Shown: positions 49,728-59,729 of the stretch, piece after piece
How the letters are laid out: the number at the start of each line of letters is the position of its first letter
Position numbering within the stretch: the stretch's first letter is position 1
NCBI GenBank assembly: GCA_016861245.1
Contig: BOKZ01000001.1
Span: 551,006-615,005 of the forward strand
DNA from: Patescibacteria group bacterium
Lineage (GTDB): Bacteria; Patescibacteriota; UBA1384; 2-12-FULL-50-11
Reading direction: 5' to 3'
DNA: 64,000 bases
Notes under the pieces: generated by a model
What the model was told of the DNA's origin: nothing
Databases searched by the model: none
What the model saw: the letters and a program-made list of their open reading frames with translations, nothing else
Program-made: the position numbers and the translations under genes

Positions 49728-52547
49728 CTACCCTGAAACAATGAGATTAAGCACTTCACCGGGCTTATAAATACGCTTAATAATGGGGCGATTGAGTAGC
49801 GTTTTCTCAACTTGAGGATCTTGTAGCGCGGCAGAAACTGCTGACTCTTCGTCATTAGCGGTAAGTTCAACAGTGGCAATAAACTTCTGGTTTATGAGCA
49901 CTTTAATTGTTTTTAAGCGCTCAATAGTCGTTGCCTTTGGCCAGCTTGCCGCAAACACCGACCCCGGATAATTAGAACTAAACGATTTCTCCCAAAGTTC
50001 CTCCGCCAGAAACGGGTAGATAGGGGAGAGAGTAATAATAAATTTCTGGAAATCGCCGCGAGAAATAGTTTCAAACTTCTCCCAATTATTTATTAATTTC
50101 ATCGCCTCGGCGACTACTGTATTAAGCCTGAATTCAGCGATCATCGGTTCGATAGATGCTAAATAATTATTCAACTCATCGCTCGGCTTGGCTGAATCGG
50201 ATACTTTTTCTACAAGTTTATACAGCCGAATCAGGAAACGATGAATGCCGCTGATGCCGCGCGGATTCCATTCGACGTCAATCTCCATCGGACCCATAAA
50301 CAGCTCGTAACCACGCAGTGCGTCGGTACCGTAATGCTCAATAAGCGGATCTGGTGATACAACGTTCCCCTTGCTCTTACTCATCTTACTGCCGTGTAGG
50401 TTAACCATGCCGATGTTGTAGAGCTGCATGAACGGCTCGGTTATCTTTGCGTCAATGTAACCGTGCTTAGCCAAAAAACGAGTAACAAATCGCGCGTACA
50501 ATAAATGAAGCGTCGCGTGCTCGATACCGCCGATATACAAATCAACTGGCAACCAATCATTAACTGTTTTTTTATCAAACGCTTGCTTTTCGTCGGTAGG
50601 GGATAGGTATCGCAAAAAGTACCACGACGAGTCGACAAAGGTGTCTAGAGTGTCGGTGTCGAAGTACCACCCCTTGCCGTAGAGCGTTTCGGCGCGTTCT
50701 TTATATTCTGCCGAGCGAGCAATCGGACTTTCGCCGCCTGGCAGAAAGTCGACGTCTTCAGGAAGTCTAAGCGGTAAATGCTCGTCTTTAACAGGGTGTG
50801 GCTGTCCCTGTGGATCGTAAACGATCGGAATCGGCGCACCCCAATATCGCTGACGACTTACTAACCAGTCCCTCAGACGATACGTTGTAACGGCTTTCCC
50901 AAGTTTTTTCTTTTCAAGATCGTTCGTTATTTTTTCTGATGCTTCGTCGCTGCTTAATCCGGAGTACGAACCAGAATCAGTCAAACGACCTTTGTCGGTG
51001 TAAATTTGCTTATTAACCAGGAAGTGAAATGAGAGAATGTGCGACTCGTCTACAATTAAACGCTCGACCTCAGATTTAGTTAGCCACTCGATCTTAAATT
51101 TATCGATCTCGTTGTCTTCTAATTTTGTTGGGTCTTGCTTTTTACTTTTTAACCTAAAGTGAAGCCCCGTAACGTCAATAATCCGATTAACACCCTTTGA
51201 GTAAGCGCGGTAATGGTGGTGTAGCGTGCCGGTCTGCCCGATTAGCTCTAAGTCAGTGTAACCAGTTTCTTCAGCAATTTCGCGTCGAGCTGTTATTTCC
51301 GCATCTTCATTATTATCTCTACCACCCCCGATAAAAAGTCGACCTCCAAGCTCTTTTCCCCAATTAAGCGTTAAGAATTTGCCGGTAGTAGGGTCTTCAA
51401 CGATCGCGATAATGCTTTCACGAAATTCCTCGTTATCTAATACTTCACCGGTTTCAGGCTCGATTACTGGTTTAATCGGTAGTTTGTGTGTAATTGCGAA
51501 TTGGTAATCACGCTCATCGTGAGCCGGCACGCACATCACCGCCCCAGTGCCGTATTCTAATAACACGTAATCAGCTACGTAAATTGGAATTTCTTTATTG
51601 GTTAGCGGGTGGATTGCGAAACTACCGGTTTCGTAGGCTGTTTTTTCCGACTCTTTAGCTTGGGCGCGATCGACATTAGTTTTAGCAGATACCGTTTGTA
51701 GATACTCCTGAAAGCCGTCGCTACGCTCTGGTACTACTAACTCTTTTGCCAGCTGGTGTTCAGGCGCTAACACAATCGCGGTTACGCCAAAAATCGTATC
51801 GATCCGAGTAGTGAATACCGGTATCTCGCTTGCTGAATCTTTAATTTTAAAGGCGAGCTCAACACCGACTGATTTACCGATCCAATTGCGTTGCAGGCTT
51901 TTTACTCGCTCCGGCCATTTCACCTGCTCCAACCCGTCGATTAGTTCTTGTGCGTACTCGGAAGTTTTTAAGTACCACTGCGAGAGCTCTTTCTTGGTTA
52001 CTTTGGCGCCACAGCGATCACAACAACCGTTAACTACTTGCTCGTTTGCTAATACAGTCTGATCGTTCGGACACCAGTTCACGAGCGATTTTCGCTTTTC
52101 GGCCATACCGTGTTTGAAAAACTGCAAAAATAGCCATTGCGTCCAGCGGTAATACTCTGGATCAGACGTAACTACGCGCTTTGACCAGTCGAAACATGCA
52201 CCGAGCTGATTAAGTTGTTTTGTAAACGATTCTATTGCGTTGTCGGTAAACTTTTTCGGGTGTGACTTATGTTTGATGGCCGCATTTTCAGCCGGCAAAC
52301 CGAAGGCATCGAAACCCATCGGATGAAGTACGGTCTTTCCCAGTAACATCTGGTAGCGTGCATAAAAATCGCTCATAACGTATCCTCGCCAGTGACCGAC
52401 GTGCAAACCGTCACCAGAAGGATACGGGAACATGTCTAGGCAATAATATTTGTCTTTGCTCGATAAATCGGCAGTGGAAAGTTTATTTTTTTCCCAAACA
52501 TCTCGCCATTTCTGCTCTATTTTTTGATGATTATAGTGACGATCCAT
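49728..52547 (-). CDS. leuS: Leucyl-tRNA synthetase with inserted Nudix domain
   Basis: MFPYPSG, HVGH, TTRIDT, PAHDERD, KMSKS; Nudix box at 51258-51326. Confidence 0.98.
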   Translation of the reverse strand: MDRHYNHQKIEQKWRDVWEKNKLSTADLSSKDKYYCLDMFPYPSGDGLHVGHWRGYVMSDFYARYQMLLGKTVLHPMGFDAFGLPAENAAIKHKSHPKKFTDNAIESFTKQLNQLGACFDWSKRVVTSDPEYYRWTQWLFLQFFKHGMAEKRKSLVNWCPNDQTVLANEQVVNGCCDRCGAKVTKKELSQWYLKTSEYAQELIDGLEQVKWPERVKSLQRNWIGKSVGVELAFKIKDSASEIPVFTTRIDTIFGVTAIVLAPEHQLAKELVVPERSDGFQEYLQTVSAKTNVDRAQAKESEKTAYETGSFAIHPLTNKEIPIYVADYVLLEYGTGAVMCVPAHDERDYQFAITHKLPIKPVIEPETGEVLDNEEFRESIIAIVEDPTTGKFLTLNWGKELGGRLFIGGGRDNNEDAEITARREIAEETGYTDLELIGQTGTLHHHYRAYSKGVNRIIDVTGLHFRLKSKKQDPTKLEDNEIDKFKIEWLTKSEVERLIVDESHILSFHFLVNKQIYTDKGRLTDSGSYSGLSSDEASEKITNDLEKKKLGKAVTTYRLRDWLVSRQRYWGAPIPIVYDPQGQPHPVKDEHLPLRLPEDVDFLPGGESPIARSAEYKERAETLYGKGWYFDTDTLDTFVDSSWYFLRYLSPTDEKQAFDKKTVNDWLPVDLYIGGIEHATLHLLYARFVTRFLAKHGYIDAKITEPFMQLYNIGMVNLHGSKMSKSKGNVVSPDPLIEHYGTDALRGYELFMGPMEIDVEWNPRGISGIHRFLIRLYKLVEKVSDSAKPSDELNNYLASIEPMIAEFRLNTVVAEAMKLINNWEKFETISRGDFQKFIITLSPIYPFLAEELWEKSFSSNYPGSVFAASWPKATTIERLKTIKVLINQKFIATVELTANDEESAVSAALQDPQVEKTLLNRPIIKRIYKPGEVLNLIVSG

Positions 52548-52630
52548 TACCTGTAAGTATATCTGTAACTAAAAAAACTGCCTAGCAGTTGCGAAGTTTT
52601 TAAACGAGGTTAAAGTAGGGGAGAGGAGTA

Positions 52631-52798
52631 ATGGAAAATATTAATCAATTTCTCGATTCACCGATGTTACGCTCAATAGCGGGTGGGGCGATAATTTTTA
52701 TTGTCGGATTAATTTTTCTTAAAAATCAAATTGTTAAGTTACTTATTCTTACAGTGTTAGTTGCCGCTGCGATCTTCTTCTACAACAACTATCGATGA
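52631..52798 (+). CDS. 55-aa two-TM micro-protein (not in ORF track)
   Basis: GAGGAG SD; MENINQFLDSPMLRSIAGGAIIFIVGLIFLKNQIVKLLILTVLVAAAIFFYNNYR; ATGA overlap with next gene. Confidence 0.75.
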   Translation: MENINQFLDSPMLRSIAGGAIIFIVGLIFLKNQIVKLLILTVLVAAAIFFYNNYR

Positions 52799-54087
52799 GG
52801 AAAAATTGGGGTTGGGTTCTCGTAATTGTTACGGCGCTTTTTCCGATAGTTCTCTGGATGTTGGCGGCTCCGATAAACACTAGATTCACCTCAGCGAGCG
52901 TTAGTATACTAAGCCTCTCTCAAATTTGTGCGCTTACCGGCGCGTCATTCTTTGCCTGGAACTTTATTTTAGCTGCGCGGTTACGGTGGTTGGAAAGTGG
53001 TTTCGGTGGATTAAATAAAGTCTTTGTCGCTCACCACACGTTTGGCGGGGTTGCGTTTGTTCTACTGCTTCTGCACGCAATTCTTGTTATGGCGCAATAT
53101 CTGCCGATTTCGATCTCGCTCACGGGAGAAATGTTAATTGACGTCTCCGATTTGTCGAAAAACCTCGGTCGCTTGACGCTTGGCATTATTATGACGGTTC
53201 TTATTATCACTTATTACTTTCCGCTCAAACACAACATCTGGAAGTGGACGCATCAGATTATCGGAGCAGCGTTATTTACCGGTTTTGCGCATGTTTTTAT
53301 CGTCCCGAGCGACGTCGCGAACTACTTGCCGTTACGATACTGGATGTTGGGAATACTGCTCTGTGGAATCATTGCTTATTGCTACCGGGTACTATTTGGT
53401 AAGTATCTTGTGTCGCGCTACAAATACACAGTTACCGATATTAAAAAGTTCCCAAACAATATTATGGAGATTGTACTAACGCCGACCGCCGGCTCTATGC
53501 AGTACAGACCAGGGCAATTTGTTTTTATTAGTTTTATCCAAAACGGAATCACTACCGAATTCCACCCATTTTCCATTACCTCCGATAGCAGCTCAAAACA
53601 ACTCTCAATAGGAATTAAGCGGCTCGGCGACTACACTGAAACACTTTCTAGTTTGGAACGGGGCACAGAAGCAAAAATTGAAGGTCCGTTCGGTCGTTTT
53701 TACATACAAAAAAATCATCACGCCGACCAAATCTGGGTCGCGGGCGGAATCGGTATTACGCCGTTTTTGAGTATGATTCGCAGTCAAAAAGTAATCGATG
53801 GCGGTAAAGTTTGGTTATTCTACTCAGTTAACACCATCGACGAAGCGGTCTTTCTTCCAGAACTTATTGCCTACGCAAAAGAAAATGAAGATTTTATATT
53901 AATCCTTCACGAAACTAAGCGAAACGGTTACATTAGCGCCGAAATTATTTCTAAAAAAGTGGGGGAACTGACGAATAAAGAGATCTTCCTCTGCGGTCCG
54001 CCACCGATGATGAAGTCGCTTCGTGAACAATTTGTTTCAATTGGCGTTAACAACAATGTAATTCATTCAGAGGAGTTTACGCTCTAA
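52795..54087 (+). CDS. Ferric reductase-like transmembrane flavocytochrome (bacterial NOX-like)
   Basis: TM His pairs (AHH...LLH; WTH...AH), PGQF, HPFS, EGPFG, AGGIGITP, CGP, EEF. Confidence 0.92.
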   Translation: MRKNWGWVLVIVTALFPIVLWMLAAPINTRFTSASVSILSLSQICALTGASFFAWNFILAARLRWLESGFGGLNKVFVAHHTFGGVAFVLLLLHAILVMAQYLPISISLTGEMLIDVSDLSKNLGRLTLGIIMTVLIITYYFPLKHNIWKWTHQIIGAALFTGFAHVFIVPSDVANYLPLRYWMLGILLCGIIAYCYRVLFGKYLVSRYKYTVTDIKKFPNNIMEIVLTPTAGSMQYRPGQFVFISFIQNGITTEFHPFSITSDSSSKQLSIGIKRLGDYTETLSSLERGTEAKIEGPFGRFYIQKNHHADQIWVAGGIGITPFLSMIRSQKVIDGGKVWLFYSVNTIDEAVFLPELIAYAKENEDFILILHETKRNGYISAEIISKKVGELTNKEIFLCGPPPMMKSLREQFVSIGVNNNVIHSEEFTL

Positions 54088-54167
54088 TGTTACAACGAAT
54101 TATCGATATTACCTTAGCAATCTATATATTGTTTACAATAATATTTATTTTAATCGCAGTGCTGTAA
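54087..54167 (+). CDS. 26-aa single-TM micro-protein
   Basis: MLQRIIDITLAIYILFTIIFILIAVL; TAATG overlap, AGGAG 11 nt upstream. Confidence 0.45.
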   Translation: MLQRIIDITLAIYILFTIIFILIAVL

Positions 54168-54172
54168 ATCTG

Positions 54173-54245
54173 TGGACCGTACCGGGTTCGAACCGGTGAC
54201 CTCTTCCATGCCATGGAAGCGCGCTACCAGCTGCGCCAACGGCCC
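54173..54245 (-). tRNA. tRNA-Ala(GGC)
   Basis: Cloverleaf, CTTCC-ATGGCAT-GGAAG anticodon arm, G3:U70, GGTTCGAA; CCA not encoded. Confidence 0.97.
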
Positions 54246-54272
54246 GATGTTGGAAATTATACCAGAGAAAGC

Positions 54273-55850
54273 TTACAGATTCACCGCTGCGGCCGGTTGT
54301 TGGACTGGAACAAGCAAAGTTTTTCCTGTCATCTCCGGCGATGGCGGTAACCCAAGAATATTTAGAATAGTCGGCGCAACATCAGCCAAAGTACCGCCGT
54401 CACGTACTTGCAGACCAAGCGCCTCCTGACCGGTAATAAGAAACGGGACGGGGTTACTGGAATGCTCGGTGTCTGGTTCACCAGTTTTGGGATTAACCAT
54501 CTGTTCGGCGTTGCCGTGATCGGCCGTAACGATAAGTAGGCCGTTAGTTTTTCTAATTTCCTCGTAAATTCTGGTAAGTCCGGCATCAACTGCTTCGCAT
54601 GCTTTTATCGCTGCACGTAAATTGCCAGTGTGGCCAACCATATCTGGGCAAGCGTAATTAAGAATAATAAAGTCGTAGTTATTGAGATTTTTCAGTACTG
54701 TGTCTGTAACCTCGACGCTTGCCATCTGCGGAATTTGGTCGTAACTGGGTACTTTCGGCGACGGAACAACGATCCGATCCTCGTTTTTATACGCTTCTTC
54801 GTGCCCGCCGTTAAAGAAGTAGGTAACGTGGGCGTATTTTTCCGACTCGGCGACGTGAAGCTGTTTCAAGTTAGCAGTTGAGAGAATATGCGAAAGCGGC
54901 TGGCTGACGTTTCGCGGTTTAAACGCGACTTCCATCGGTAGTCCTTCTTGATAATACGTAAAACCAACGAAATAGAGGTTCTTACGCACAACTTTGCGGT
55001 TAAAGCCATCGAAATCTGGCTTAACAAATGTTTGGGTCAGCTCACGTGCTCGGTCGCCGCGGAAATTAAAGAAGATAATTGAATCACCGTCTTGTATCGG
55101 CCGATAGCTGTTATTTGCGCCTTGGACAACCGTTGGTGGGATAAACTCGTCCGAATAACCATCGCGATAAGCAGCAGCCACCGCCGCTTCGGCCGTTGGC
55201 GCAACCGGACCAACACCCTCTGTCATTGCTCGGTAGGTTTTCTCGATGCGCTCCCAACGGTGATCGCGATCCATCGCATAGTACCGCCCAGAGACCGTAC
55301 AGATAGCCCCAAACCCGAGTTTAGATAAATACTCGTTAACTCTCGATAAATGACTCTCTGCATCAAAGGGAGGGGTATCGCGACCGTCGGTAATCGCGTG
55401 GATACAGACGTTTGGCATTTCCAGCGTCTTTGCCATATCTAATAATGCATAGAGATGGTCGACATGGCTATGAATACCGCCATCGCTCACTAAACCAACT
55501 ATATGAACGTTTTTACCGTTCTTTTTTGCTTGGTTGAAAGCTGTAACAAGCGGCTCGCTTTTCAGAAACGAACCGTCTTTAATTGCTGCTGTAATTACTG
55601 GTAACGATTCTAGAACGATCTGTCCTGAACCTATATTCAAATGCCCAACCTCGGAGTTACCGCGCTCATTAACTGGTAGGCCTACCGCTTCACCAGAAGC
55701 CTGTAAGATTGTGTGAGGGTAAGATTTGGTTGCCATATTGAAGAACGGCGTCTTCGCTAACGAAACCGCGTTGCCGCCCCAATTTGGAGCAACGCCCCAT
55801 CCGTCGATAACGGCTAGTACGACTGGTTTCGGCCTACTGCTTTGCGGCAT
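54273..55850 (-). CDS. gpmI: 2,3-BPG-independent phosphoglycerate mutase
   Basis: DGWG, GNSEVGH, DGRD, GRYYAMDRD, DMVGHTG, TADHGN. Confidence 0.98.
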   Translation of the reverse strand: MPQSSRPKPVVLAVIDGWGVAPNWGGNAVSLAKTPFFNMATKSYPHTILQASGEAVGLPVNERGNSEVGHLNIGSGQIVLESLPVITAAIKDGSFLKSEPLVTAFNQAKKNGKNVHIVGLVSDGGIHSHVDHLYALLDMAKTLEMPNVCIHAITDGRDTPPFDAESHLSRVNEYLSKLGFGAICTVSGRYYAMDRDHRWERIEKTYRAMTEGVGPVAPTAEAAVAAAYRDGYSDEFIPPTVVQGANNSYRPIQDGDSIIFFNFRGDRARELTQTFVKPDFDGFNRKVVRKNLYFVGFTYYQEGLPMEVAFKPRNVSQPLSHILSTANLKQLHVAESEKYAHVTYFFNGGHEEAYKNEDRIVVPSPKVPSYDQIPQMASVEVTDTVLKNLNNYDFIILNYACPDMVGHTGNLRAAIKACEAVDAGLTRIYEEIRKTNGLLIVTADHGNAEQMVNPKTGEPDTEHSSNPVPFLITGQEALGLQVRDGGTLADVAPTILNILGLPPSPEMTGKTLLVPVQQPAAAVNL

Positions 55851-57051
55851 TGCCAGACAATTCTCGTTCAATCACCAATAACCTGCGGTATTTGCTCATT
55901 CGCTCCGGGTGAGAATCGTTCGGCGCCCCTGTTTTTATAAATTGAGCCCCAACTCCAACGGCAAAATCTGCAATAAAATCATCGAGCGTCTCGCCGGAGC
56001 GGTGAGAGATAATATTGATGTAGCCGGCTTGGCGGGCGATATCAACAACTTCCATCGTCTCGGTGACACTACCAATTTGATTAAGCTTAACTAATATAGC
56101 GTTAGCTGCGTTGGACTCGATACCTTTTTTGAGTCGATCCGGATTGGTAGCAAATACGTCGTCGCCAACAAGCATTAGTTTTTTCGTGCTCGGGTTTGAT
56201 TGCTCCATCTCTTTATAAAACTCAGCCCACGAAGCCCAGTCGTCCTCCGGAAACGGATCTTCGATCGATAGAACTGGAAAATCTCTCAAAATGCCCAAGT
56301 ACCGTTTTGGAGAAATCTCAAAAGTTGGCGGCAAACTCGAAGCAGCTACATCAAGCGCTAGCGATACCTCATCCCAAGGCTTATACCCAGATTCTTTAAT
56401 GGCTTTAACTAAGTAATCAAATGCCATCTCGTTTGTGTCTAAATTCGGTGCGTAACCGCCTTCGTCACCAGTTGGCAGAAAAACTGACTCCTGTTTCAAC
56501 AACTGTCCGAGCGTACTAAAAACCAACTTTCCAGCGGAAAGCTGGTTGTGATACCCATCTACACGGTCGGGGATAACCATGAACTCTTGAATGTCTAAGT
56601 TGTTGTCGGCGTGTTTACCGCCGTTAATGAGGTTGAACATCGGGACTGGAATCGTAAAACCAGTTCGATTATCTAATTCTCCAATATATCGGTAGAGCGG
56701 CACACCTTTTTCCATAGCTGCAGTTCGAGCCACAGCCATCGACACGGCTAATATCGCGTTAGCACCGAGATTTGATTTGTCAGGAGTACCGTCGAGCTTA
56801 ATCATTATCTGGTCGAGACCGCGTTGATCGAAGACTTCTTTTCCGAGTAACGCTGGAGCAATTTTTTGTTTAATATTCTCCACGGCCTGCGCCGGCTCTA
56901 CTACTTTAGCTTCGAACGCAGATTTTGAGGCGCCGGCCGGAACCGCTGCTGAACCGACTTTGCCGGTATCAGTCTTAACGGTAGCTTGAACGGTATCGTC
57001 GCCGCGTGAATCGTGAATAACTTCGCCGATAACTTCTACAATTTTTGCCAT
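55834..57051 (-). CDS. eno: Enolase
   Basis: DSRG, LGANAILAVS, NGGKH, QEFM, GDEGG, KLNQIG, SHRSGET. Confidence 0.98.
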   Translation of the reverse strand: MAKIVEVIGEVIHDSRGDDTVQATVKTDTGKVGSAAVPAGASKSAFEAKVVEPAQAVENIKQKIAPALLGKEVFDQRGLDQIMIKLDGTPDKSNLGANAILAVSMAVARTAAMEKGVPLYRYIGELDNRTGFTIPVPMFNLINGGKHADNNLDIQEFMVIPDRVDGYHNQLSAGKLVFSTLGQLLKQESVFLPTGDEGGYAPNLDTNEMAFDYLVKAIKESGYKPWDEVSLALDVAASSLPPTFEISPKRYLGILRDFPVLSIEDPFPEDDWASWAEFYKEMEQSNPSTKKLMLVGDDVFATNPDRLKKGIESNAANAILVKLNQIGSVTETMEVVDIARQAGYINIISHRSGETLDDFIADFAVGVGAQFIKTGAPNDSHPERMSKYRRLLVIERELSGNAAKQ

Positions 57052-58067
57052 TATATTTTCTTTAACCCCTCTTTTAACACATTGATCGATTCCACCGGCG
57101 ACGGATCGACGCCGTAAACACCCGCTAAGTAATAGCTTAACAGGTCGCCAAAATAAATGAGTAGTAGTTGCTCGCTTAACAGGTTTTCTGAACGAACCGA
57201 CAAGGGGATAAACGGTACTTCGTTTTTATTAAATAACTTTTCAATTAGGTTTTTTCGGGCGTTATTTCGTGAGAAGGCAAAATTTGACTCTAGATACACG
57301 ACCGTTAGTTTCTCGGGGATTGGAAAATCGATTCCAACCAACGTGTTATGACAAAGCTCCGGAACCATCGCACCAAACGCGAAGACCTTACTATTTTCAT
57401 TAAACTGATTCACCCAGCGGCGCATCACCGACCCCAACGGCGCAGATGTAAGTACCATCGGGACTTTATTACTCAGCGTCATCGCTAGTTCCTCGGCTTT
57501 CGGCGGAAAAATCTGCTTACTGACGGTGTTTTTTAGTTCCGTGATCGAAGCGAAATACTGCTTCTCGGTTAACGCCGCGACCTGTAGTTTTGTTAAAAGC
57601 GTTAGCAATAGCCCATATAACCAGCCAACAGCTGCCCTGGGTGCGCTCTCGTATTCGATCGGAATTAAGAAAAAATCGTGGATTTTAGCTAATTCAGCGA
57701 GTTTACCGCCGCTGGTGATAGCGACAACTGGCGATTTGAGCTCTAAAGCAGTTTTTACGGCATCAAGTGTCTCTTCAGTATCACCCGAATGGCTAACAGC
57801 AATTACCAATGTTTTGTCTGTTACCCAGCCTGGCAACCCGTAATCAGCCCAAGTATCAATCGAGATTTTACTACTTCGAAGAAGATCTTGCGCGAGCATT
57901 CCTGCAATCCCCGAACCGCCCATGCCACAGATCACAATTCGATCAAACTCTAGTTTCGGAACATCCTTAATCCAAAGACTCGTCCAGGCTTTTTCAAGCT
58001 GAATTGGTAAGTCGTGGATTTTTTCGAGCATCTTCTGCTCATCGAGGACAACAATCTGTTCCGCCAT
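57051..58067 (-). CDS. Bifunctional phosphoglucose/phosphomannose isomerase (SIS)
   Basis: GMGGSG, SHSGDTEET, TSGG, QFNENSK, PELCHN. Confidence 0.92.
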   Translation of the reverse strand: MAEQIVVLDEQKMLEKIHDLPIQLEKAWTSLWIKDVPKLEFDRIVICGMGGSGIAGMLAQDLLRSSKISIDTWADYGLPGWVTDKTLVIAVSHSGDTEETLDAVKTALELKSPVVAITSGGKLAELAKIHDFFLIPIEYESAPRAAVGWLYGLLLTLLTKLQVAALTEKQYFASITELKNTVSKQIFPPKAEELAMTLSNKVPMVLTSAPLGSVMRRWVNQFNENSKVFAFGAMVPELCHNTLVGIDFPIPEKLTVVYLESNFAFSRNNARKNLIEKLFNKNEVPFIPLSVRSENLLSEQLLLIYFGDLLSYYLAGVYGVDPSPVESINVLKEGLKKI

Positions 58068-58105
58068 AGTTCTACAGTACTATGTGTCTCGGGAGTAGGG
58101 AAGTG

Positions 58106-58178
58106 TGGACCGTATCGGAGTCGAACCGACGACCTCTACAATGCGAATGTAGCGCTCTACCAGCTGAGCTAACGGCCC
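58106..58178 (-). tRNA. tRNA-Ala(CGC)
   Basis: CTACA-TTCGCAT-TGTAG anticodon arm, G3:U70; CCA not encoded. Confidence 0.97.
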
Positions 58179-58224
58179 TTAATGGTGTTATTCTACCAAG
58201 AATTACGGTAAAATTAACCCACTA

Positions 58225-58307
58225 GCCCGCGTGGCGGAACGGTAGACGCGGTGGACTCAAAATCCACTAATCGCAAGATTGTAGAGGTTCAAGTCCTCTC
58301 GCGGGCA
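58225..58307 (+). tRNA. tRNA-Leu(CAA)
   Basis: GTGGA-CTCAAAA-TCCAC anticodon arm, long variable arm, GGTTCAAG. Confidence 0.97.
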
Positions 58308-58309
58308 CG

Positions 58310-59044
58310 ATGCAAGAAATCCGCTTTGACGAAAGAGACATTAAAAAGATTTTTAGAGCCGACACTCCTACGTTGCGCTTAATGCGTTTTGTTCGACGAA
58401 CAGTCTTAAGTTTAATTTATATTGGTTTATTGTTTGGCGTATTCTTTTACGGCTTAAACTTTTCTGCCTTTTTAAAAAGATTTCAGTACGAAACTAGGGC
58501 AAATACTAACAATATCGCGGTAATCGATGAGCCGAAACCAGAGCCGGTGGTTGAGATACCGGATTACGCGCCGCTCGTTGAGATCCCAAAAATTAGTGTC
58601 TCTGCGCCGCTTCTACTAAATGTTGCGCCGGATTTAATTGTTGATCAGCTTCGCGTTGGGGTGACGCATTACGAGGCAACGGCGTTACCGGGCGAGATCG
58701 GCAATAGCGTAATCGTTGGTCACTCTTCGGATTTACCGTGGAGCGATGGTCAGTATAAAACAGTGTTTGCCCTACTCGATAAGTTAGTACTCGGCGACAA
58801 AGTGGTAGTCTATTACAAAAAACAGCGCCTTGTTTACTCCGTAACCTCTAGTAAGGTTGTCGCTCCGACCGACTTATCGGTACTGCGACGCTCAACTACT
58901 CCGCAGATTACTTTACTTACTTGTTACCCAGTGGGCACCACCCGTAATCGTCTAATTGTTACGGCGGAGTTAATCGAAGGGGTGCCAACCGGAACTCAAG
59001 TTAGCGAGCCAGCTATTGGCTCGGCTCTGCCACGACCTCGGTAG
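58310..59044 (+). CDS. Sortase family protein
   Basis: N-terminal TM; GHSS (His), TLLTC (Cys), RLIV (Arg). Confidence 0.92.
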   Translation: MQEIRFDERDIKKIFRADTPTLRLMRFVRRTVLSLIYIGLLFGVFFYGLNFSAFLKRFQYETRANTNNIAVIDEPKPEPVVEIPDYAPLVEIPKISVSAPLLLNVAPDLIVDQLRVGVTHYEATALPGEIGNSVIVGHSSDLPWSDGQYKTVFALLDKLVLGDKVVVYYKKQRLVYSVTSSKVVAPTDLSVLRRSTTPQITLLTCYPVGTTRNRLIVTAELIEGVPTGTQVSEPAIGSALPRPR

Positions 59045-59729
59045 GAATTGTTAGGTTAATTAATTTCTTCACACCGTTTTCGTTTATAACGAACGCGTAC
59101 GAACTCGGCTGAGAGTTAATCGGCACGTATTCGGTTGTAGCAAGGGAGTAAATAACGAAATCTTGATTCGTGTCGGGGATAAAAACGTGGAAATTACTAC
59201 CGAGCTGATAGAGATATAAAGAGTTATAGCGGTGTATTTGAAGGGGCTCGGAAGAGAAGCGGGTAATAAACTCGTTTCCGTCAAACAACTCCCCGTTTTG
59301 CAGTGTTAAGCCGTTGGAGAGTTTTGAGGGTGTAATAAATCGAGCGTTCGGTTCGAGCGTCGAAACAAGTGGTTGCTTGGCAATTAATACCACATCTCGT
59401 GCGATGCCGACTTCGCCGCGATCTAAGTGGAATACCCTAATGTAGGGTAGGTATCCCTCTTTAGTAATCGATAAGTCGTATCGCCCAGGTTGTAAGCCAC
59501 GCTGTTGAAACGGACCTTTTGTAGCGATAGTTTTACCGTTTAGCTGGATCTCAACGTCAGATAGTTTCGTCTCAATAGAAACTACCGACGTCTGCTCGAA
59601 CGTTCGTGCTTTCGTATCGAACGTTAACCCGTTCGCCCAAAGAAACGTAATTATGGCCATCACAATAAAAACTAATACCCCAACGGTAGAAAAAATAGTT
59701 CCCTGAACCTGCCTGCGGCGATGAGTCAT
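59013..59729 (-). CDS. Membrane-anchored PEGA-domain protein
   Basis: TM..ANG.; LQPGRYDLSITKEGYLPY. Confidence 0.8.
   Translation of the reverse strand: MTHRRRQVQGTIFSTVGVLVFIVMAIITFLWANGLTFDTKARTFEQTSVVSIETKLSDVEIQLNGKTIATKGPFQQRGLQPGRYDLSITKEGYLPYIRVFHLDRGEVGIARDVVLIAKQPLVSTLEPNARFITPSKLSNGLTLQNGELFDGNEFITRFSSEPLQIHRYNSLYLYQLGSNFHVFIPDTNQDFVIYSLATTEYVPINSQPSSYAFVINENGVKKLINLTIPTEVVAEPSQ

Noticed and set aside
54172-54429. 85-aa plus-strand ORF
   Set aside because: Antisense to tRNA-Ala and gpmI.
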